Source: Octopus vulgaris
Lineage: Eukaryota
Assembly: GCA_951406725.2 (NCBI GenBank)
Contig: OX597817.1
Location: 108,810,001 to 108,874,000, forward strand
Reading direction: 5' to 3'
DNA length: 64,000 bases
Shown here: piece by piece, positions 49,906-64,000 of the stretch
Numbering within the stretch: position 1 is the first letter of the stretch
Layout: every line of letters begins with the position of its first letter
Notes under the pieces: model-generated
Database searches by the model: none
Seen by the model: only the letters and a program-made list of their open reading frames with translations
Told to the model about the DNA's origin: nothing
Translations under genes and position numbers: made by a program

Positions 49906-52900
49906 CATGAAGAAGGGAATAATGAAGGGATTTGATATTGGGTTAGGATATTGGAAGAATGGGAGAGAGCGTAAAAGGCGAGTGGCAAGAGGGTCAGATT
50001 TCTATGGGTCTTTTGGAGCTGTGATTTTTCATTATTGTGTATACATTCTTTCGAAGTTTCTATAAACTATATTTCATTGTATTAATTAAATGGCGTTGTA
50101 GAGTTTACAAATCGTATTTAACTATTGATTAAAATCGTATTTAATTATTTATTAAAATATTTTATGCTAATTATGCAACCAATTTTATTTTGATCCAAGG
50201 TTTCCGTGATAAATAGGAAGGAAATTGAAGGTACCCTTAAACAGGAGACATGGCCCGAATGTCTGAAGAGAGTGGACTTCGCTAAAGTCATCTGACAACC
50301 AGGCATTGTCGTTAAGTAAGTCTATCACCATATAAGTTACGATTGGAATTGGTTTCAGAACAGAAAGAGCTAGAATCTTACTGAATCATGCAGTCCAACG
50401 CTCTAACGATTCTGCCAGAATATTTCACTAGATTAGTATTTTATCAACCTTTTAATGATGAAAGGTAAAATTGGGAAGTGAACGCAAGAACCGAATATAT
50501 ACCATAAGAAGTCAGAATATATATCACAAGGCATTTCACTCGACACTCTAACGTTCCTGTAGTTCACTGGAATGCACTTGGGAAATGCATAAACCTGAAA
50601 AACTATCATTTTTATTCAGAAATCAACGGGGAGTTGCCTTTCATTCTCATCCTAGCATCATAAAATTAGATGGACATATTGAACAATATAGCCCTAATTG
50701 CACTTTGACTGGAATGAAACGAGTTGGTTACATCTAAAATATCTTCTTATGTCTGCGCGGGCAAGAATGACCTGACGTTACAAACAACAAGAACAACGGC
50801 ATTACTAATAATAAAGAGTGCTATGCATTGTCAATATAAACTAGTGTTATTTAGCAATGCTGTCTGCTCTGACGAATAAGACCTATAATCAAAGGCAGCG
50901 AGCATCCATTTACTCTCAGGCAAAATGTATTTGGAATGATATTATTCAATGTCCTCTTGATGTTTCTTTAGTGTTGGTTGATATTTTTACATGTCGTGAG
51001 ACAAACTCGTTGGATAGAGATTCACTTTGATAACTTCTAAAGATGCAAATATTCTTGGAGTAACAAAACATAAAACACACGCATTTTACGTAATTAAAAT
51101 AATTATTTAGTGTATAATTTTAAAAAATATTGAATAGGGTGAAGTATATAAATATTTGTTAATAAAATATTGTTTACCGTTTATGACAGTACCTCATTTT
51201 GCTAACAAAGGACTATAAATGAGAAATTTATGAGCAATGTCGGTTTTTATAAATAGTAGTTTGAAATTATATTACATATACATTTTTGTATTAATCTCGT
51301 AAAAATGACAGTTATTTGAATTTCAGCCTTTTGATGATATTTTCATATGTTTATAAAATTAGTTTTTGAATAATGATTTCCCATTATGAGTAGACCATTT
51401 AAACACTCACATCCTTTTCCGCCACTCTTCAGCGATATTTAAGTTATTGTGAAAATATCAAACTAAACAGTTTTGTTCATTTTTATATTTTAATTTCTTG
51501 TTAAAAGAAAACAAGCAAATGTTAGTTATCATAAGAAATAAACCCGGCATGCGATAGATATATAGCTCGGAACTCATCAGATGTGTACTTCTTTTAGTTC
51601 TGTGTCATATTTGAACTTATAATATCTAATATCAATTCATACAGTAAATTCATTCGCAAGGTGATTCATGAGGTTGTTTCTCGATATATAGCACAGAATC
51701 GAAATAGCACGGATCACACTTGTGCAACTGAAAATGACAGTAAAATACATATATATATCTTACTCTGAAGTGGAGACAACCTAGCAGGTGCGATGTAATG
51801 TATATGTTGTCGATAAACTCGCACATAAACTCATAATTATGACTATTTGTCTCATACTGCGACTTATTGTGTCAAATATCACAATAATTTGAAAATCTCA
51901 GCAGTTATTTAGTATTTATTACATTATTTAAAAGTTAAAGATCATTAAGACATTAGATTTATAGGGTCATTCCCCTTTCAACTCGTATATTGGGGAATAT
52001 CAAATTCCCCAAAATATCAATTTACGTTAACCCTAAGAACATATCAATTTAATCCGAAATCTTTGCCAATGCACAAACTTAATATTTCTTTTACATTGAT
52101 TTTTTGAAAATAGATTTATGAGTAAAGTATAACCAGCCGTCACTCGCAAGCATGTGAGGCTTCCTAACATGTTTTGAGCAGACCTAAATTCATTTTATCC
52201 CATCTCTTGCACCTCACACTTGACACAGCAGATCACCCAAGATATGAATGTGGGAAGGCTGCACCATCACCTGCTGGTATTCATAGCTGTTGGGCGGACT
52301 GAAACAATATGAAAAGAATTGACTTTTTCAGAGACTTGGGAATTAAGCCCGAGCCGGACACACCATTAAATCACGTGACCTCTATATGAATAATATAAAG
52401 AAATAATGTTTCCTAGCGATACCATTTGCTTTTATTTACTTCTAAAAAGTGGATATCATAATATTTACTTACTCTAAAGGCGAATCAGCCTCTATCATCT
52501 CATTCATTCTGGTTGAAATAGCAGCCAAATCTCTTCAATTCATACCCTATTATCTCGAAAAACAAAGGATATTTTGGTTAATGTAATCCTTGATTTTCCA
52601 TCTAAACAATACAATAACGTGATTGGAATTCTGCTGTTTATATGTCTACTAGACCGGCTCTAGTCTGGGCTTAAACAACAACAATATATCCTGGTTCACG
52701 ATAATAAAAAAAAGCAACATAACCGTTTATAGTGATTATAAATACTTTAACATAAGCACCACCTGTATGTAGCAAGCCAAGCTCCGTGAGTCTCATTAAT
52801 TCTTTAGAGGTTAATGTTCATCAACAGCATTGCATCTGAACACTCTATGAACTACCGATTAATAAGTATAAACAATGTAAAAATGTAAGACAATATACGA

Positions 52901-54185
52901 ATATCTGAAAATATATCATATGTTAAAATATATTAAGCACAGTGCATCGACATGGCTTGGCCGTGACAACTGAAACAGGCTAATGAACAAATGAACTAAA
53001 AACAAAAATCGTGTTAGTAATGATTAGCCAAAAGCAGTTAAGTTTGGTGGGAATTGGTGTTGATCATTATGTTAGTATCAGACGGCTGTAATTACACTCG
53101 TTTCTTTTTTCCAAATAAATGAACATTTTACTGTCATGTTTCAATCCAATAAATGTATTTTATGAAACTCAAGCTACAGCTATTTTTACTGCAGCAGCTG
53201 TCATGAAATATGATGTAGTTTCTAAATGTCCGTGTGAGATTACAAACACAGTAATATTATCTCAAAAGGTTTGTGTGATTCCTAATCTCATGACTGTTAG
53301 ACCATTAATGTACACCTGTCAATTTATTCTGACAAAGTTAGATTTTCTTTTTAATCTTTGCGGCTTTTGATTATTACAGCACATCTAATATAACCTTTTA
53401 ACAAGGGTTTCAAGCTTTTATAGCATCGGCTGTCTGGTTATTAATTTACATTCGAAAAGAATTCATGACAAAGACAAAGTTTATAATAATATTATGGTAT
53501 TACAGTACACTGAAATATTTTTTAAATTGGTAAATTATATTGCAGTGTACAATGCATGTCTCTCAACATCATAACCTATCAGTAGAGACTCATTACAAAT
53601 ATATTTGTGTGGAGAGTTCCCGATTTCTAGAGTGAAGAGCGGAGTGTTCGCATACTTTCACCTCTCTACCGTGTACTCCGAAGGCGCATGGTTCAGTGGT
53701 TAGGGCGACGGGCTCACAATCAGGAGATAGTGAGTTTGATTCTCGCACGCGAAATTTTTTTTCCCCACGAGAGTTCCAGACCCCAGTAAAGTACTCATTT
53801 TGCATCTAGCTCACCTTCACCTTGTCAACTTAAATGTTGGCATTCAAAAAGAAAATGGCGACCTCCGATTGCCATTCGAATCTTGTGTTCTGATCTCATT
53901 CAGATGCAAATATCATCGATACTGAACGCATACGCTTGTTAGCAGCAGGTTTGAATTGCTATAGCAATCAAAGATGTTTTGGACGAATATGAAACTGCTT
54001 GAAGGTTGTTGATATTCTGAAAATAGCAGCCCACCGAGCTCAATTTTGCTTTTTATGCTTTCGGGGTCGATAAATTTAAGTACCAGTTGCGTACTGGGGT
54101 CGATCTAATCGACTGGTCCCCTCCTCCAAAATTTCGGGCCTTGTGCCTTAAGAAGAAAAGAATATTTCTAAACAACGTATTATGT

Positions 54186-54820
54186 CTTCCTCCTTCATTT
54201 CTTCATACTTCTCCTCCTCCACCTTCTCCTCTTCTTCCTTCTCTTCTTCCTTCTCTTCCTCCTTCTCCACTTCCATCTCTTCTTCCTCCTCCTGCTCCTC
54301 CTCCTTCTTCTTCTTCTTCCCCTTCTCATCCTTAATTTTCTGCTTCTTCATTTTCACCTCCATTTCCTCCTCCTTCTTCTTCTCTTCTTAATCTTCTTCT
54401 TAATCTTCTTCTTCTTCTTAATCTTCTTCTTCTTCTTCTTCTTCTTCTTCTTCTTCTTCTTCTTCTTCTTCTTCTTCTTCTTCTTCTTCTTCTTCTTCTT
54501 CTTCTTCTTCTTCTTCTTCTTCTTCTTCTTCTTCTTCTTCTTCTTCTTCTTCTTCTTCTTCTTCTTCTTCTTCTTCTTCTTCTTCTTCTTCTCCTTCTCT
54601 TCTTCTTCTCCTTCTTCTTCCTCCTTCTCTCCTCATTCTAGTCTTCCACCTCCTCATCTTCCTTCCCAGTTCTTCTTCTTCTTCTTCTTCTTCTTGTTCT
54701 TCTTGTTCTTGTTGTTGTTGTTCTTCTTCTTCTTCTTCTTTTTCTTCTTCTTCTCCTCCTCCTTCTTCTCCTACTCCTTCTTCTTCCACTTCTTTCTTTC
54801 CCCCTTATCCTTCTTCATCA
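54186..54820. repeat. Polypyrimidine (TTC)n/(TCC)n tract following a SINE A 3' fragment (54035-54160)
   Basis: Direct reading. Confidence 0.95.
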
Positions 54821-55582
54821 TACGTTCAAGTACTATTTGAAACAACAATATAGTAGCAACATAATGAACAACGCAGAAATTGTTCCCGCCGGAGGAAAGA
54901 ATAATGGCGTATATGAAGTGTTCACAGCTATTTGCAACGCAGTGTAATCATGAGGATGAAGATTTACTGATTTTTCGATAAGTCGTGAATAGGACATCAT
55001 TGAAGCATCAATAAATTGTCGTTGCTCTTCAATGAAACTCAATAATACAGCCAGCAATAAAACGCTTGTGTACAAGTATCTATCCTATTTATAAAAACCT
55101 ATGAATATTTTTAGTCACAGTCAATTCTCCCGTCTCTCTCTCTCCCTCTCTCTCTCTTGTAATATATTCTCTTAAGACATGTTCATAGTACTGATGAAGA
55201 TAAAAATCACGAATAAAGTAGTGATGATGATAATGAAAATACTATTGATGACGAAAGTATTCATATTTAAATGTAGTAATATTTATGATGTTTGAATGGC
55301 TCGTGTAAAAGCAGTGTCTCATTTCAATGTCTGCACTTCCAAACTGGATACAACAGTACATCTCTGATTTTAACCATCATGTAAGAATGAGGTTTACTCC
55401 AGGTATATATATTTATTTATTTATTTATTTTCTCTCCTTGTTTCTTTCTGTGTTCCTTTCTGTGGAAGAGCGTAGGTTGGAAACGTTAAAGACATTTTCA
55501 CTTCCCGAGTGTTATACTAATACATCTGTTTGTTGTCTACACCACATGTCTTCGTCATTTGTTTTTTTTTTTGTGAATTTTC

Positions 55583-55617
<35 letters not shown>

Positions 55618-56039
55618 TATGAATATATGTATGAATATATTCATGTATGAATATATGCATATATGTAAGTGTGTGTATGTATATATGCATGTATATATGT
55701 AGTAATTTTCAAGTTGGGTATACACATTGTAATGTACCGTTTAAAGTCCTTCACTGTATTTGGCTACCTGACGTCATCAACAGTATGAATGCAATGCCAC
55801 AGGATTTACTTCGGGAATTCCTTCCAAGAAAATGGAATTCACGAGGAACTTTAGTATTCCCTACAATCGCTTCGACACATCCGGCACTGGTGCCTTACGA
55901 GTGAGAAGCAGCTGAGTCAGATGTGATGCATTATAGGTGCAGATTTGTCTCCTCTGGTGACTTGTCAAAATGCACTTCATTGTCTGAATCTCCGTTTCGA
56001 AATGACTCTCTGAAACTCGTCTCTCTGGTGAAGGTCAAG

Positions 56040-57845
56040 TAAGTGAACCTACTTATAGATATATTATCTCTTGGAGAAGCCTACCTAAGGGTCATCGTAG
56101 AGAATCTGGTGTTGAGTTTGCTCTCAAGAATATATTAGTATTCTCCATTGCAGAGATTCCAAATGGTATATCTGAGTGGGTCATGTCATGCCGTATTAAA
56201 CTGACAAAAGGGAGGTTTCTTACTGTTGTCAATATTTATGCACCAACAATGACCCATTCTGATGAAACTAGGACAGTCGTATGATGATCCAGGACAATTA
56301 TTGAACAAAGTACCAATTTCTGACAAGCTGGTCATATTAGGAGATTTCAATGCAAGAGTTTGGAAAGGACTATGTTTCATGACCTGTTTTTGGTCACACG
56401 TGATTGGAAAATGCCATAAAAATGGAATAGCGCTTTTTACGTTTTGTACTGAGAATAATATGGTTGTCACCAACACTCTGTTTAAGCAAGATCTAAGCAC
56501 TGGCATCTCATAGATTATATTCTGATCAGAAAACGTGATATGAAAGACGTTTCTAGCGTTCGGGCCATGAGAGCTGGACTGTCCATCAGTGTGGAAAAAT
56601 AGATGTTTCGATAATACCTAAAAATCGACAGTCTTGTCCTAAAGTACCCAAACAGTTAAATATTGCAAACTTTAAATTATCAAGCAACTTGCAAAGATTC
56701 CACGATGCTATAGAAAGTACGAATCTTGACCCAAACAATCCATGGGAAAATTTCAACACAAAAGTATTTCAGGCTGCAAGTTCGTCAGTGGGATTTAAAT
56801 CACATAAGTCCAGTGACTGGTTCTCAGATACATCAGCAGAAGTTCATGATCAACTTTTAGAGAAACAAAACTTAGTTAAAACACTTCATTCTCAGCTCTT
56901 GAAGCCCAACTCAAACGAAGCTTACAGAAAGCTGAAAAGGAAAGTGCAGACCGCTCTAATGAAGATCAAACAGGAATGGTGGAATGATAGAGCAAAAGGG
57001 ACACAAGAAACAGCTAATAGATTTGATGTTCGTACTCTTATGTTAAGGAGGTATATGGCCGAAAATCTTCTTCAATAGCTCCAGTGAAAACAAAAAATGG
57101 ACGTTTTTTTTCTGACTGACACCGCTTCTACTTTTCATAAGCATTGGTAGAACATTTTTCCGCACTTTTGAATAGACCATCATCCGTTGATATGAGGACG
57201 ACAGAAGAAATTGAACACCTTCCAGTTATAGAAGAGATGGTATTTGAACCAACTCTAAATGACATTTATTTAGCTGTGAATAAGTTGAATAACAATAAGT
57301 TTCCAGGGTCTGATGGAATCTGCAGAAGTCAGGAAATATAGGAGTGAAAAAATGTTTGAACTCTTAAATATATTAATTTGTTACTGTTGGAGAACTGAGA
57401 AAGTGCCTCGAAACTGGATTGATGCCATTTTAGTTTCCTTGTATAAATCGGGGCCAAACGATCTGTGTGGTAATTTTCGTGGGATTTCGCTTTTGTCTGT
57501 GGTTGGAAAGGTACTTGCCCGCATTTTGTTAGAACTTTTAAATAACTTTATATTTCCAAATATAGTGTCTGGGTCTCAGTGTAGTTTTCGTTCCTCCAGG
57601 GACACAGCTGATTGTATCTTTACTGTCAGACAATTGCAAGAAAAGTGCATTGAACAGAATCTTGCTCTACAACAGTGCTTTGCTTATTTGAGCATTCGAT
57701 TCTGTTAAATGAAATGCTCTGTGGCTAATTGTAAGGAAGATAGGTTGCCCAGAAAAATTTGTAAACATGATCAGGGCTTTGTATCAAGGTATGAAAGCTA
57801 GAGTTAATTTTGGTGGTGGGCTTTTTGAATCTTTTGGTGTGGAAA
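56040..57845 (+). mobile_element. RTE-clade LINE remnant (APE endonuclease plus RT N-half), disrupted
   Basis: SIYAPT, ILGDFNARV, HLIDYIL, PGSDGI, ILVSLYK, NFRGISLLSVVGKVLARI, SQCSFR, DCIFTVRQLQEKCIEQN and AFDSV motifs. Confidence 0.95.
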
Positions 57846-57965
57846 AAACAACTCAATACATATATATATATATAATTCTTTTATTTGTACTTGTAACGAA
57901 AATTATATAAATAGCTATTATATATATGTACACATACACACACACACATACACACATATATATAT

Positions 57966-58444
57966 TGTTACGATCAAGAAAATTCTTGTGTATAAAAGGG
58001 GTGAACTGAACGAACGCAACAACAGAAATTGTACAATCAGTGAATTAATAGTCAAAGATGAAATTATGTAACCAAAGGTATAATACCCGACGAATTTTAT
58101 GTCCAGTCCTCAATTGTTCAAAGGTAGGTGGTAGTTGAATCCGTATGCAGTTCTCTCTCGTATTTTGTACTATCCAAGTAATGCCGTTGCTGTATTCTGA
58201 ACTCACCCCGGTTCGATTTTCCTTTTCTCTTTTTAACAGGAAGTAAACGAGATTACCTATCTCCTCCTTTGCTCACTTCCTGTATGTATGTATATACATA
58301 CATACGTGATTTCAACTCAGCCGAAAAAGTCGTTATATATCTCTCATCACAAACGCTTATCTCTCCTCATTCAGAAAACATCGTAAGTTCTCTTCCGTCA
58401 TTATATTTTCTCGTTATTTGCACTGATTATAGATATACATAACA
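57966..58444. mobile_element. Probable solo LTR (479 bp)
   Basis: Ends TGTTACG...CATAACA with ATAT on both flanks; no ORF. Confidence 0.5.
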
Positions 58445-59272
58445 ATATATATATACATACATATAAATTGTGAAGGCGTGTGGTTTTGTGGAAAGGTTAT
58501 TCAGCTCACGATCGTATGGTCGCCAGTTCCAAGACGGTTGTTAGAATCACTGCTGTACTAAAATCAAGAAGTCTCAGAGGGACTGCTGAAATAGTGTACG
58601 CTCGGCGACTATTTAATAAGATTACTGGCACTCAGAAATTCTGAGTTGTTTTTCGGCGTGCTGGAAAGCCACTGACGTTGAGAGATGCCTCAGCTTTTGT
58701 TGATGTGGCCTTCTGAGAATAAATGTCACTCTGATATGCAGGGAACGGTACTGGGTATTTTGAAGATCCTTGGCTTGGGTTTGTGATCATGGTGCTCCCA
58801 CATTCCTGGACCCACATTTGCACTAGATTCCTTACCTCTGTTTCTGGATCATGTCAATAGGGTAGGTTTTGACATGTTGCACAAGTCTTTGTGGAACTAA
58901 AAATTTTGCACATGCATTGCACTGTCAGTGATGGACATACTCGTATAGAACATGACAACCATCACATACATATGCATATAGGTAACTACACGTGGCCCGT
59001 TGGCGATTTCTTCTTCTTCCCTTTCTTTGGATATTTCCCCCTCTCCTTTCCGACGAAGAGGTGTGCTCGAAACTTTAAACTCTCTCTTTCGCCGAGCTTC
59101 AAGCTAGTACACCTCATGAGCACGTCCACACGTCCGTCGTTTTTCTTCATTTTTTTCATTTTTTATCAGTTTATTTGAACTGACGATACATACATACATA
59201 TATTTATATATATATATATATATATGCGTGTGTGTGTGTGCGCGTGTGTGTGTGCGCGTGTGTGTGTGCGTG

Positions 59273-59325
<53 letters not shown>

Positions 59326-59524
59326 AAATATTAGAAAAAAAACACCTTTTATCAATTCAAAATGAATAATTAAATTACACCATCTAGAAAATTACATATA
59401 ATAGAAAAGTTAAAATTAAAATAACAATAAAAAGTAAAGATTAATTAAATTACAAAAATAATATAATAACTAACGTTTCTGAGATATTTGCCCTCATTAT
59501 ATACATTATATTATTTTTGCAATC

Positions 59525-60190
59525 CCTGAATCAAAATCAGTGCGTTGTTATGGGATACGACATGAATAAGGAAACATCTTTCCAGGTGCACGTTTTCAAG
59601 TTAGCAATAAAATGCTGACGACTGGCCGGATGGATCCTCCAAACTTTCAAAACAGGAAAAGAGGAAACTATGATGATCGTCTGGAAGGTTTTCATTCACA
59701 GCCGTCTGAATTACTGCTCCCAACTGTGGTCACCAAACAGTGTAAAATTAACGACGACACTCTAGGCGATCCAGAGAAGCTACACGAAGATCGACACAAT
59801 GTGACATATCAACTACTGGGAGAGACTGAAAGAGTTAAGACTCTGCTCCCTGGAGCGAAGGCGGGAAAGATATGCAGAAATATGGATCTGGAAAATCCTA
59901 GAAAAAGTTGTGCCAAACTTTGGCTTTGTCCGTTACATAAGCAGCAGAACGGGGCGCAATTGCACCCACCAACATTGCCATCAGGATACAGAATCAGATA
60001 CTGCCGCAACTTGGGCTTCAAAGGCCTAAAAAGCCTGACAAACCTGCATGTCCTGGATGTAGGCTTTTACAAACCAAAACTGTATGTCCTGTTGAGAGTT
60101 CCGGGTTAACCTACCTCAAGGCAAGAAACACAGATGAAGGCAGCAACGTCAAGCTCCCTCAACCACCAAATGTCATACACCAGAGTTTAG
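59525..60190 (+). mobile_element. CR1-type LINE ORF2 C-terminal remnant
   Basis: A frame other than the listed ORF reads GWILQTFK...SRLNYCSQLWSP...AIQRSYTK...NYWERLKELRLCSLERRRERY. Confidence 0.88.
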
Positions 60191-60539
60191 TGAAAGTGTA
60201 ACAAAGTAAACGGTGGTGCCCCATCATGCCTGTAATCCTTGGACAGAAAGTAAGGAAAAAACATTGTAAAATTGTAAAAATTGCAAATAATAAAACGTGA
60301 AAATCAGACTAAGTTGAAATTTCATTGCTTAATATATATATACATGTGTGTGCGCGCGCGCGCGTGTGTGTGTGTGTATGCGTGTGTGTGTGTGCGCGCG
60401 TGCGTGCGTATATATTTCTATGCACAATCATACGTTTATATATTTATATATATATATACATCTAATATAGAAAGCCATTGGGATGGTTGAACTAGTATAT
60501 CTTTGAGAATTTTCGAAGTTAGAGTTTGTATTATATAGC

Positions 60540-62280
60540 TTAACTTGTCGGAGCTAATCTGATTAACTGACACCAGAAAATATGAACAAAATCATTTGGA
60601 GAATTAATCATTTTTCTATATTTATGTATATTTCTTCCTTATTTTAAGTACTGTACCAGTCGATGTCAAAATACTTAATGACAAAATCCATTAAGACTTT
60701 ATTGTTTAACAGAAATGTTTGCTTAATATCATAACCTTTTAGATTTAAATATTTAAAAACAATAATGTTTTGATAAATAATTAACAGGAAATTTAATGAT
60801 ATAGTGTGTCATCTTTCTGGTAATACACTGAAGTAGTAGATGCCATCATCTGGAATATGGAAATGCAGTCGACTACTATCGTCACCATTGCTTATATGTT
60901 TGTGGATATATGGTATACAAAGGTTAAATATGTTTATACAATTTCGGTTTTAAAGTAAATGTTTTAAATGCACAAATCACATTTTTAGACATGCCAAAAA
61001 CAAATCTGAATTTCAAATCGTAATTACTCCAAATTTGACAGTTATATCGATAATTTGACTATAGTAAATATCTTGTTTATAAAGTAGGTTAAATACCAAT
61101 TGAATACCAATAAACATTAAGCCTTGACAAAGTGAACGTGTTTTGAATGTATTTTATAAGGAACCTTATTTCTGATAAAATGCCAAGAAATTCATTTGCA
61201 TTTCTAGGACAGGCTCAAGACATGCAGCATCAAAATCAGTGCATCTATAAAATGAGAACCTCACGTCGCAACTGTCATAATCCAGCTGTTCATGATTTTA
61301 ATATTGCAAAACATATTAATGTACATGAAGCCATAGTGAATAGTAGAAATTGATGTGTTTATTTTACGAGTTGCTGCAAGCAAGAACAGATGTGTTTCAT
61401 TTTCCCAGAAATGCAATATTAAACACCAAGCCGGAGATAATAGACTTAATTTTATGTGAACATCTTCAGAATAATCTCAATAGCTACGCCTTTGTGGCTC
61501 ACACGTTCCGTTTACGATGTTTTTATTTATAGAAAAATTATTTAGAAATTCAGAAATGTGTCAACCAAAGTTCATGGTCTTTTTACACAATCAACATCAC
61601 TCATAAACATTTTTATATCAAGAAGAGGTCCATCTGGAAAATCTCCTAGTAAATATCAAATTCTGCGTGTAAAGAGTCCTCATTAAAAATTATTTACACA
61701 TACGCTTGTTCCTTTAAAATTTATTAATCCTAGCAATTGACCGCTCGGGTACAAGTGCCTCATTTAAATAACTTTTACTGTAATCTTAGACAATCCTTTA
61801 ATTTCTGAGGCAACTACATTAAAACCACATTATTTGACAGGTTAGCACTAAAATACTTTTGCTTATCCATATGTTTGTGAAACAAAAGTACCAATAGAGG
61901 TATTAACAATATAATTATATGTATACACAGTTTATAATATATTTTATAGAAATTGATATTGAATATTTGTCCATAACATAAAGTTATTCTCAAGATCCAT
62001 AAATGCTAAAATATTACAATCAGTCTCAAAACTAATCGAATCCTCATGTAATTACCGAAGCACGGAGGTTTGCCGAAAAAGAAGCTACGGCCAGGCAAAA
62101 ATCATTGCATACCTGGTGAAAGTCTCCATTAGAGATACTTCAACGAGCTGGATATGTCTGTAGGGTACACAGAATACTACTTCAAGACGCATTGAAAGCA
62201 TAAATATATCGAAAATATCACAGCACATTAAAGTAAATTGAAACTGGAAGGACGAAATAGTGAATCCCAACTTCATATAG
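60540..62280 (+). pseudogene. Decayed coding-like segments
   Basis: Adjacent open stretches (61147-61532), TLVPLKFINPSN*PLGYKCLI*ITFTVILDNPLI ending at CAG|GTTAGC, then ITEARRFAEKEATARQKSLHTW ending at TAG|GTAATG. Confidence 0.3.
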
Positions 62281-62596
62281 GTAATGTTAGAGGAGGAACA
62301 GACTTTATGAATGGTTCAAAATACAGTGACTTCTGTCTCCAAGAACAGCATACCACTACCAGCATAGAAGGAATTCAGTTTGACTAGGCGACACAACCAA
62401 ACTTTTGTCGCTTTACATATTTCAGTATTCTCTAGCTTTATACTTACCTACACACACACTCACACATATGCACACACACATACATACATACACACACACA
62501 CGCACACACATACTAACACACGCAGGTACACAAACACACACGCATACAAATATGCACGTGTTTGTACGATATGTATGGTTGTATATATGGTTGTAA

Positions 62597-62631
<35 letters not shown>

Positions 62632-62647
62632 CATAATACATACATAT

Positions 62648-62725
<78 letters not shown>

Positions 62726-62817
62726 TTAGAAAGCTCCTTCTATAAAATAAATTAATTTACTCTGCTATGTATTGAGTACCTTATTTACTGTGGTTAACCC
62801 CGACTCAACCCGGGACC

Positions 62818-62869
<52 letters not shown>

Positions 62870-64000
62870 AGGAATCAGAGAGAACCAGGTATTTGAAAAT
62901 ATATGCACCAGGTAGGGTGGGATAAGTCTGTGGTTCTGTGGTTCCGGCCTATGGCTGGTAAGTATCAAACGATATTCCGGTTGTCTACACACAATAAACT
63001 AACCCTATGAGTATTTAGCACCTATGGCTGGTACAAAGCACGCGTTACGTAGAGTTGTATGTTGTCGGTATAATCTAGGTTGTCTGAGAAGTCGTAAATC
63101 CCCTTACTGTATTATAATCAAATGAATAATAACAGCTCCATGCAGCAAAGCCTGCACCCGTATCTACTGTTTGAGTACGTTTTAACCACTCTAATGATGT
63201 CCTAACTCAAATCAAATTTAACATTTAACACTGTTTAAAATTTCAAGGATATCACTTTACACTGTCTGAAATTTTAAAGAGATCAAGTAGTGAAAATCTA
63301 ATAAATAAGAAACAAGACCTCCGTCTTTCCTGTATACATAAGGGTACTCGCACCTTTAAACATTTTATGGACATTAAACAACCTCTCTAATAGCTCTTTA
63401 CCTAGGGCCAATCTAATTTACTCCCTCTATTGATGACCCAAAATCGATTGTTCTCCTTATTTGTCTGAGTTCTTCTCGTCTCGTTCTTCCGTTCCATTAC
63501 TTCCAAACCACTCTTACTATGCTTGCATGGTATGCTATATTGAAGGAACTAACCATTCTCTTTGTGGTGTACCCAGTATTAAGCATTAGCGATAGCGAAG
63601 ATAGCTAACCTAGTAGTAGCAGCTTGCAACCCCTAGTCAGTTCTTTTCCAATTCCACTAATTAGGTAATCCTTATACCAAGATACAGTTATCTGTGCCGC
63701 GTATGTTAAACAATAGATGGAACACACTATCCAAACCTCTTACCTGCAACTATTGTGCTGAGTTTCATTACCTGATTCACACAATGGTAATTATACTATC
63801 TAATTAAATAATATCAACGCCATCTGTATAACATTTCAAATTGTTAAACATTAGACTACTTTCCACTGCTGGCTTTCTTTAATATCCGATCTGGTATTTC
63901 CTCTCACTCTGTACTAGGTGTAGTATATTACATAACCTCCTTTTTCTTTGAACTCTTTAATGATGAGCAGGAATCTATTATTACTACTAGATTTTTTCTC

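Noticed and set aside
59612-60109. 165-aa ORF as a gene
   Set aside because: It is an off-frame reading of a CR1-type LINE remnant; the recognisable motifs are in another frame.
63000-64000. Possible retroelement ORF remnant (YTGKT on the minus strand)
   Set aside because: Too degenerate to assign by eye.

Overview
AT-rich, repeat-dense animal DNA. The SINE families and microsatellite load look like an octopod cephalopod genome; this is recognition from memory, not verified. I find no intact protein-coding gene, and most ORFs in the track are microsatellite read-throughs. The window holds three decayed mariner (DD34D) transposons, RTE and CR1-type LINE remnants, several tRNA-derived SINE families, a probable solo LTR and three long palindromes. 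Scattered decayed exon-like stretches on the + strand show faint Schlafen-AlbA_2/SAMD9-like motifs (speculative). The most notable signal is a set of type I hammerhead ribozymes with minimal, mostly palindromic stem III, nearly all inside 330-545 bp non-coding units in tandem or partial-tandem form. The best example is a 536-bp head-to-tail dimer (31641-32724) flanked by a 12-bp target-site duplication, with one intact hammerhead per unit on the minus strand. This looks like a retrozyme/Penelope-dependent circular-RNA element. All folds and alignments were done by eye.
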